Below, one piece after another: positions 41,382 to 50,300 of a stretch of DNA of 64,000 nt; the first letter of the stretch is position 1; each line of letters begins with the position of its first letter. The notes beneath the pieces are model-generated. The model saw only the letters and a list, made by a program, of their open reading frames with translations, made no database searches and was not told the DNA's origin. A program made the translations under genes and the position numbers. Source of the stretch: Bugula neritina (lineage: Eukaryota; Animalia; Bryozoa); the NCBI GenBank assembly GCA_964035545.1, contig OZ037765.1, positions 16,306,995-16,370,994 of the forward strand. Direction: 5' to 3'.

Positions 41382-44300
41382 TATAGCACTTTACATGATT
41401 TTCATCAAAAGAGCAAACAGAACATAGTAGTAACTAGCATCATTATAAACAACGAAGAAAATGCTGCAGAATACAATATGCAAAGCTGGTTTACATGTAC
41501 TATATAACACTGTGCTCCAGCAGCTGTCATTACTGTAATTCTGATAAAGTATTACAATTAGACAACTACTTGCTCAGCAAATATCTACTAGCACAAATGT
41601 TATACAATTAATTCTCCCAGCCATATCAATGAAAATAAAAGACTTCTTTATATCATATAAAGTTTACATAAATTTGCCGCAGTTTTGTTTTGAAAATTTA
41701 AAAACAGCTCAAATTTTTGAATAAACGATTACATTAAACCACTCTCACCAGCTAGTCACTTGTCAAAAATCCAATAAAACAGATTCACTCTCCTATTATA
41801 TTATAAAAGTTGGTTTTAGCGTGTTTAGTCAATTTAGGTGTTTCATTGGCTGAGACTAACATATATCATGAACAGACAGCATTAAATAGCTAAGATAGTA
41901 AAACAAAGAGTGAAACACTATTGGGCAGTTTTTTATTATATCTAACACTTTGAAACTTAATCTTTCTCCCTGTCACATAGAATATAGTATGTGTAAAATA
42001 AATTATAGTTAACTTACCTGAGATTCAAAGTGCCAATCCAAGGCTAAAATAAAACAATTATACTAAATTAAAATTAAATTCATATAATAACAGGGTCATT
42101 TTACTTAATTTAGTACACACTAAAAATCTCCAGTTCTTAGCTATTTTTCACAATTTAGCTGCTAATGAACATGGGTTTTTGCCCAAAACTAGTAAAATAT
42201 CAATAAATACACTTAAATAATCAAGGTTCTTTTTAATTTTGCTTGATTTCCCATGTTTTTTCTTATTTATTTAGCTAATTTGGATTGCAGACTGTTACGA
42301 AAAAACCGTAGGGGTCCGCAATCCAAATTAGCCAAATAAATAGGACAAAACATGGGAAATCAAGCAAAATTAAGAAGAACCTTGATTATTTAAGTGTATT
42401 TATTGATATTTTACTAGTTTTGGGCAAAAACCCATGTTCATTAACAGCTAAATTGTAAAAAGTAGCTAAAAATTGGAGATTTCCAGTGTGTACTAAATTA
42501 GGTAAAATGACCCAACAGCCTTTGAACTAAATTAAAAGTTTTACTAATAAGTGTCTACAATTTACAATTAGGTATAAATCATTAAGGTTTCACAACAGTT
42601 TATGCAAATAAAGCAAATTTACAAAATTATAGAAACTGCTATCCTGCTGTAGTATTGCACAGTCATATCACTATAGAGTTGCATGACGACCACTTGTATA
42701 GTTATACCTTAATACCACCACACCTGTTAGAGACCACCAAGTATCGCAATGACTCTGTAACTTGACTACCCCGGAGGCAAACATCAGACGGAACAAAAGC
42801 CACTTAACAAGCCACATAGTGACATTGTCATGATGGTGCTTAGATGGTAAGCCTAGTATCTGGAGAGGAGCCACTATCATTGCTAAAAAGCCAGCTTCTA
42901 GTAGCAATATGTCCCTAAAACATACATATCGTAAATTCTATTATATTAGGAACAATAAAATAAAGTAAATTTACTGAGATTTTGAAGCTGTAGAGTACAA
43001 CACACTAGTATGTTATGACTGCAAGTGTTAGGATTCTGTAATGAAATTAAACCACCACTTCTCTGTGAGAAACATACCATTGAAACCACAGGAAAGTCTG
43101 GCCAACACTATACATGGACATGTAGAGAATCCATAAGATAGCATAGACAAGGGTTGTTCTCATGGGAGCATATACAGTGGCTAAGAATGACAGGATGATG
43201 CCAGACACACAAACAACGTCCATGGCAGACTCAGTGTCAAGCCAGTACCGATATCTATAGCGTAGTAGAGTAGGTTGATCCAAGAACTCAGAAAAGCTCT
43301 GAGGCTCTACAAATCAAATGGGTGAATTGCGCCAATTACAGCTGAATATTACCTGTTAAACTCTTTATATTACAGAGTGGTCCAAAGTCAAAAATAATGA
43401 GTAACAAAATAACACTCTCAGCTTAAAAATTGCTAATGGCAAAATAAAAAGTAAAATCAGATTTAGCTTTCAACCAGCTTCAATAAAAATAAAAACAAAT
43501 GATACTTTAAATCTAAATAACCTTCAGTTAAACTTAAGATAAAGCACGGTAAACATCGCAAGCAACAGTATCAATAAGCAGACTGCTGAGAAGCTCAGCA
43601 GACTAAATGGTCATCAAGAATGTGTGACAAAGTCAGGGTTTGATTGTAACAGACTAACCTTTTTGAATAACATTTCCAGCAGGAAGTAAACCTTTCTCAC
43701 CATACAGCCCTAAAAGTGGAGAGTTGTTACATATTTCTTGATGTTTCACTAGACTCATTTTATTGGAACATTCATACAACTCTGTAATTCTCCAGCCAAA
43801 TCAATAAATTGTCAAAACAACTAAACCAATCTGTAAAAACTCAACTTTTACGATACAACAGGTAATTTTTAAATGAAATGAAAGAATTTGTCTTTACCAA
43901 TTCATAATTTTTCTATAAAAATGTGCAAATTCAGTTTTGTAAAATTTTCTGAAAACACTCTCATTTTCTAAAATTATTTAACTAGCGAACCGATAGCCCA
44001 CTTAAAAATAGTATACTAGAAACAGAATATTTTGGTATTAATTCCAGTCTATTTGATGGCTGGGTATTTGACAAAACTGCTAGGTTCACAAGTCACATGT
44101 AGTTTGCTCAACACAACAATCACTAAAAAATTAAACAAACAAAACTTGGTGGGCCTCATCTCCCAGAACTTCAAATTCACTAAACCAATTAATTTTCTGA
44201 GTCGTTGTAGACTGAAATTCTTGTCATAAATATTTTGCTAAAAACTTTGTTTAAAAAATTTGTAACTTTTAGTTGAATTCAATGTAACTTTAGCTTGCTG

Positions 44301-47300
44301 TTACTATGCATACTACCCCCAAGCTTTATTTGTAGTAGGTAAATACTTGTCAATCGCCAAAAGATAAACTAAATTCGAGACAATACTAAAATTGAATGCA
44401 CTTACCTGGTAATTGAATGTATAATGAAGAAAAAGCTATGAGAAAAGTTAAGGCAACTCCAGACAAGTACAAATCTTGGGAAACAGTCATCTCTATTTTG
44501 TGAGATATCAAATTATTCACGTTCAGCCTAGATAATGAAAAGTAAATAAAACATGTTGACTCAAACTGAGTTTAAAATTTAATATTACCAAAGTCAAGTA
44601 CAATAAAACTTAATTCACATCTCACTGACAAGTTAAATATATATTTTGCCAAGACTGTATAGAAGTAGCCACGGTGATGACTGCTGCTAAAATTCAAGTA
44701 CACTAAAAAAAGATTGTTGGCTAGTGATAACAGATGTGAAAATTAATTTAAATTATACACATACTCAAGTGAATATACTGATATTGTGGTGGCTCGTGGA
44801 GCTACCAGCAACACAATACGCAAGGTTGCGTATTGACCCGGAACAATGTATTAGCCAATTAGCTAGGCTGTTTTATGAGTAATAGTAGCAGCTTCGCGCT
44901 ACTAGCTCAGTTGAGGATAGTGCTGTAAATTAAATAGACGTGCGTATCATTACTGTTGTACATTAGATTTTATTATGTATTCTTGTATTAAAATATAACG
45001 ATATCTACTCGACTTAACTCGGTGAAGTTTCTCTAGTGATAAATAGATTCTCTTGGTGGCACATCAACCCTAAATCTGGAAAACATAACAGTGGTGGCAG
45101 CGGTGGGATAGTGTACATCAAAGATGGAGACTGAAAATGCTAGAATGCAACCACCCCCAGTAGAAGGTGAGCGTAGAAATGCTGTTAATCCTGTGAATCG
45201 TGAGGGAGAAGAAGCTTATAGACATTGCTTGAAGGCTCCCACCTTTACTGGGTCGGAAGATGTCGAACAATTTATACAAGAATTTAGAGAGGTAAGGGAG
45301 GTTGCTCAATGGCCGCATAGAGTGGCCCTTATTCAACTGCGGAGAGCGGTGACGGAGCAAGCCAAGCCGTACGGAGTAGGAACGGACGTAGGCGGAATAC
45401 TGGCTGCGCTGCGGGCCCGTTTTGGCATCTCCACAATAGACGCTAGGACCAAGCTAGAGAGATTGTGCCGCAACCCGCGGACCTCGCTGCAAGAACATGC
45501 CGCGACAGTGAAGAAGCTGGCGCAGATTGCATATAGCGATCTGCCCGCACAACACCAAGAGCGTTACACCTATGACGCCTTTGTCCAGTCACTAAACGAC
45601 CTGGGCCTAAACCATCAACTACGAGCTAAAGGGATAACCAGAATAGAGGATGCCCTGAAGGCTGGAGAAGCTTACCTGTTGGCTACCCAAATGCATCGAG
45701 CACAACGGAGCCCACCAGTAGTTGGAGTCAACGCTGCCAGGGCTACGACAGGCCCCGAAGCCCTCCCGCTGGAAGCCGAAGTGGACCGTATGGTAGAGAT
45801 GCTGGGACAACTGGTAACCATTCTGGCCGGTGCTGGCCCCGGTCAGGCCCTGCGGGTGCCTCCAACACCTGTAGGGCAGGGCTGGAGTAGCGCTGATCAG
45901 GACCAGGGACAGAAAGGACGACCCCAATACCAGGGGGCGTTAAACTGTCACGGCCCGCGGACACTCTCCCTCCCCGCGGGCCGCAACTAAAGGAGTATGG
46001 TGGAACACGCCGTCGTCTGTCCGTACGGACACGACGGAACATTCCACCCGAGTGGCAGGTACCACGCAGGACTAGTAGGCCCGCACAACGGCCCAGTACC
46101 TTCTCCCTGCCACTCGCTAACCGGTTTCACCGGTTACCTCGGGAAGAGGAGCCCGCCACTGAAATGGAGCCAGAAGGCCCAGTGGAGAGCCCCAAACCCC
46201 GCCGGCACCAACCTCGCCGCCGGAAGCCCCGTAAACCACGGGTGAAACCCCCGCCGTCCTGTCACTCCAGGACAGCACATGCGGGGGGGTGAAAGTACAA
46301 CCACATGGAGAGAGCTATTTCCTACCCGGAAAGGTGGCTGGCAACGCCGTCACTTTCCTGCTCGACTCCGGTTGTACTACCAACCTTCTCAGTCGTAGAG
46401 TCTTTGAGGCACTGCCCGCCGGGACAGGGATAGAGTACGACCGTATACTGGAGAACATGGCACCCTGGCAGACGGGTCATGTATCCCCTTTTATGGTATT
46501 ATCGAGCTCCCTGGGCGTGTCCGAGATCAGGCTGTACAGGAGACCTTTATCATAGGTCAACTGGAGGAAGATGCTATCCTCGGAATGCCCTTCTTGAAGC
46601 AACACCAGTGCCGAATAGATTTTAGTAAGTCGGTGGTGCTGATGGGCGGGCGAGAACTCGCCTGTGTGGATAAGTTTGGGCGTCCTCTGGTGGGCGGTGT
46701 TCAGGTAGTTCGAAACTGCACCGTACCCGGACGCTCCAGAGCTACTATCCACTGCCGAGTGAACAGCAACCGGATAGCCAGGCTCGGGGTCGTTGAAAGC
46801 GCGCACGAAAGGATCCAACTCGCCAGTAGTTTAAACCGACTAACTGAGCGAGGGGAGGTCTTAGTGCAGTGCGTCAACCCCTTTACCGAGCCCATTGAGC
46901 TCCCAGCTGGGTCAATGCTGGGCCGGTTCCATTCCGTCCAGGAAGAGGACGTGGGCCCGTCGCTGGGTGACGCGACGGCGGCGCCCCCTCGACACCCTAT
47001 TCAGGGACGAGGGGCAATCCCAACACATCTCCGGGAGTTATACGAAACAGCCAGTGGCGGCTGCGCGAGTAACAGAGAACGCCAAGCTATGGCTAAGTTA
47101 CTACGTGACTACGGTGATGTGTTCAGCAGCGGAGAGCATGACGTGGGACTGACTGGAATTGTCAGACACGAAATACCGCTGACTGCAGGGACAGTCCCTG
47201 TCCGGCAGCCCACGCGCAGGCTGGGGCCGGAGAAAGAGAAGGAGGTTAGCCGACAAGTACGGGATCTTCTGGACCGGGGACTGATAGAGCCCGCCCATAG

Positions 47301-50300
47301 TGCGTGGAGCTCGCCAGTCGTACTGGTCCGGAAGAAAGACGGCAGTTGGCGGTTCTGTGTGGACTACCGCAAACTCAATAGCGTAACCATACAGGACGCC
47401 TACCCTCTACCTCGTATTGACGAGTCATTGGACGCCCTAGCCGGCAGCAAGTATTTCAGTACGTTAGACTTGCTAAGCGGCTATTGGCAGGTTCCTCTGA
47501 GTCCCGACGCCCAAGAGAAAGCGGCGTTTATCACACGGGACGGTTTGTGGAAGTGGAAGGTGCTACCCTTCGGGTTAACCTCCGCCCCAGCCACCTTCCA
47601 GAGGCTGATGGAACAAGTCCTTAGCGGACTCCATTGGAAGACACTGCTGGTCTACCTCGATGATGTCATCGTAATTTCTCCAGACTTCGAGACACATGTC
47701 AGTCGTCTGCAGGAGGTTTTCGAGAGACTCCGAGGTGCCGGTCTCAAGCTCAAACCTTCCAAGTGCGCTCTATTGCAGCCGGAGGTCAAGTACCTGGGGC
47801 ATGTTGTCGGTCGAAACGGCGTGGCAACGGATCCCGAAAAGGTACGGGCAGTAGAAGACTGGGTCACCCCCCAAGACTTGACCGGACTCCGGGCTTTCTT
47901 GGGGCTGGTAGGGTATTACAGGCAATACATACCAGACTTTGCGGGCATAGCCCAGCCGTTAAATCGGCTCACCGCAAAGGGAGTGACGTGGCAGTGGACC
48001 CCAGTCGAACAAGAAGCGTTCGACCGCCTCAAGGGTTGCCTACTAACGGCGCCCATCTTGGCCTACCCAGACCCCACTCTGGAGTACATCCTCGACACGG
48101 ACGCCAGTGACCAAAATGTTGGCGCTGTGCTGTCACAAGTGCAGGAAGGCCGAGAGGTAGTAGTAGCCTACTACAGCAAGTCTCTCTCACCCGCTGAACG
48201 AAATTACTGCACTACCCGCAAGGAGCTGCTGGCAGTAATCAAGTCAGTGAAGCACTTCAGACCATACCTATACGGCAGGAAGTTCCGGCTGCGTACGGAT
48301 CATGCCTCGCTGATCTGGTTGTGCAAGAGAGCAGAGCCCTCCAGTCAGGTCGCCCGGTGGCTCGAAATCCTAGCTGAATTCTCATACCGGATCGAACATC
48401 GACCGGGCAAGAGACACAGCAACGCGGATGGGCTGAGTCGCCGACCTGACGGAGGTTGCAAACAGTGTCTCAACGTCGAGAGGAGGGATGGAGGTCCCCC
48501 GCGATGCGAGTTGGAGACGCTGGCTCACCACGGAGCACCGTTTGACTGGGACCAGGGTCAACTCAGGCAGGGAGTTGATGAGTCCCCGGAGGATGTGAAA
48601 AACCTCCGCGCCAATCCTGTACTGGCCGGTAATGTTCGCGAGCTGAAGAAGCTCCAAGAAGAACTGCCTGTAGTCGTGGCAGACATATATCGGGCCAAAA
48701 AGGAAGGGCGACGACCCAGCGAGGAACGCATACGACAGGGATGCGCCGAGTTCCGGCTATACTGTCAGCGTTGGGACTCGCTGCGGATCGGGCAGGATGG
48801 GTTACTAACCATCTCCCTAGCTGCCAGCGGCAGACACCCGGAAAGGAAGAGGGTAGTCTGCCCCACGGCCATCCGCCGTGAGTTGATTTGGGATACTCAC
48901 AAACAGGCCCACGCAGGGGTCAAGCGAGTGATATCCAAATTACGACTCCGGTGGTATTGGCCGCAGATGGAGCGTGACGTCCGGCTCAGAGTCAAACAGT
49001 GTGAGATCTGCCAGGCCAGAAAGCATAGCCGCCCCCCTGGCGAAGCAGGACGGCGGAGGCTATATGCTGGTAGGCCCTGGCAAGTAGTCGCTGTAGACCT
49101 GGTCGGACCCATGCCCCTGACCCCCAGAGGCAATAATTGGATCCTAGTACTAACCGACCACTTTACTAGGTGGGCGGATGCTCTGGCTATCCCAGATGCA
49201 TCAGCCCCAACAGTGGCCAGGGCACTAGACCAACATGTATTCTGTTATTTTGGGCTTCCCGAACAGATACACTCTGATCAAGGCGCTCAATTCCAGTCTC
49301 AACTGATGAGCGACCTTTGCCACCTCTGGGGAGTAAATCAGAGCAGGACCACCCCCTACCACCCTCAAGGTAATGGGGTGGTGGAGCGCAACAACCGGAT
49401 GCTAGGTGATGCACTCCGGAGTCTCCTCCTTGGACGAGGTCAAGAGGAATGGGATACGGTGTTGCCGCAAGTCATGCGTGCATACCGTAGCACCCCACAC
49501 ACCAGTACTGGTGAGACCCCAAACCTCTTGATGCTCGGGAGAGAGACTCGTGTCCCTGACCATCTCACCTATCACGTTCCAGAGCAAGACAACTCGGTTC
49601 ACGAGTATGCCAGTGAACTAGTGGAACGGATGAAGGCCGCACACGATATACTGCGTCAACAGCAGTGGAAGGTGCGGCACGAAGATTCCGATGAACCACC
49701 TCTCTATCAAACGGGAGATAAGGTGTGGATGGTCAATTACCGTAGGCGTCGCGGACAGGCTGATAAACTGAAGCCTAAGTTCGTAGGCCCCTACGTGGTC
49801 GTCGAGGCTATGCCCAATCATACGTACAAGATCGAGCGCTCAGGACAGGTGTCTATCCAGAATGAGTCTCGCTTGAAACCGTATTGGGCTAGCCCCGACG
49901 GAGTGGGAGAAGCCCCCCCGTTGTTGGAGCCCAGGAGGCAGACAACGACGCGCGGGCGACGGCGGCATGGACCTGAATACGAAGTGGTCATACCGCGGGA
50001 GGAAAACTTGGTGAGAGAGGAGCGGCAGCTTTTGTCAACAGAAGCGTGTCCGCCACCGCCGAGTCTAACTCCATCACTTCCAGAAACCGAGCCGGTTCCG
50101 GAAGTGCAAACCCCCACGGAGGGAGGGGCTCCATCCAGAGAACAAGAAGAGGTGACCGCTAACGGTGAAGTAGAGACGCCATTAGAGGCCCCTACTAACG
50201 AACCGGCAAGCGTGTCACCCCCCCTAGAAAGGGGACAGCGTACGAGGAAACCCCCACCATATTTAAAAGACTTCGTATGTGACTGCATTAGAAGCGGCGC

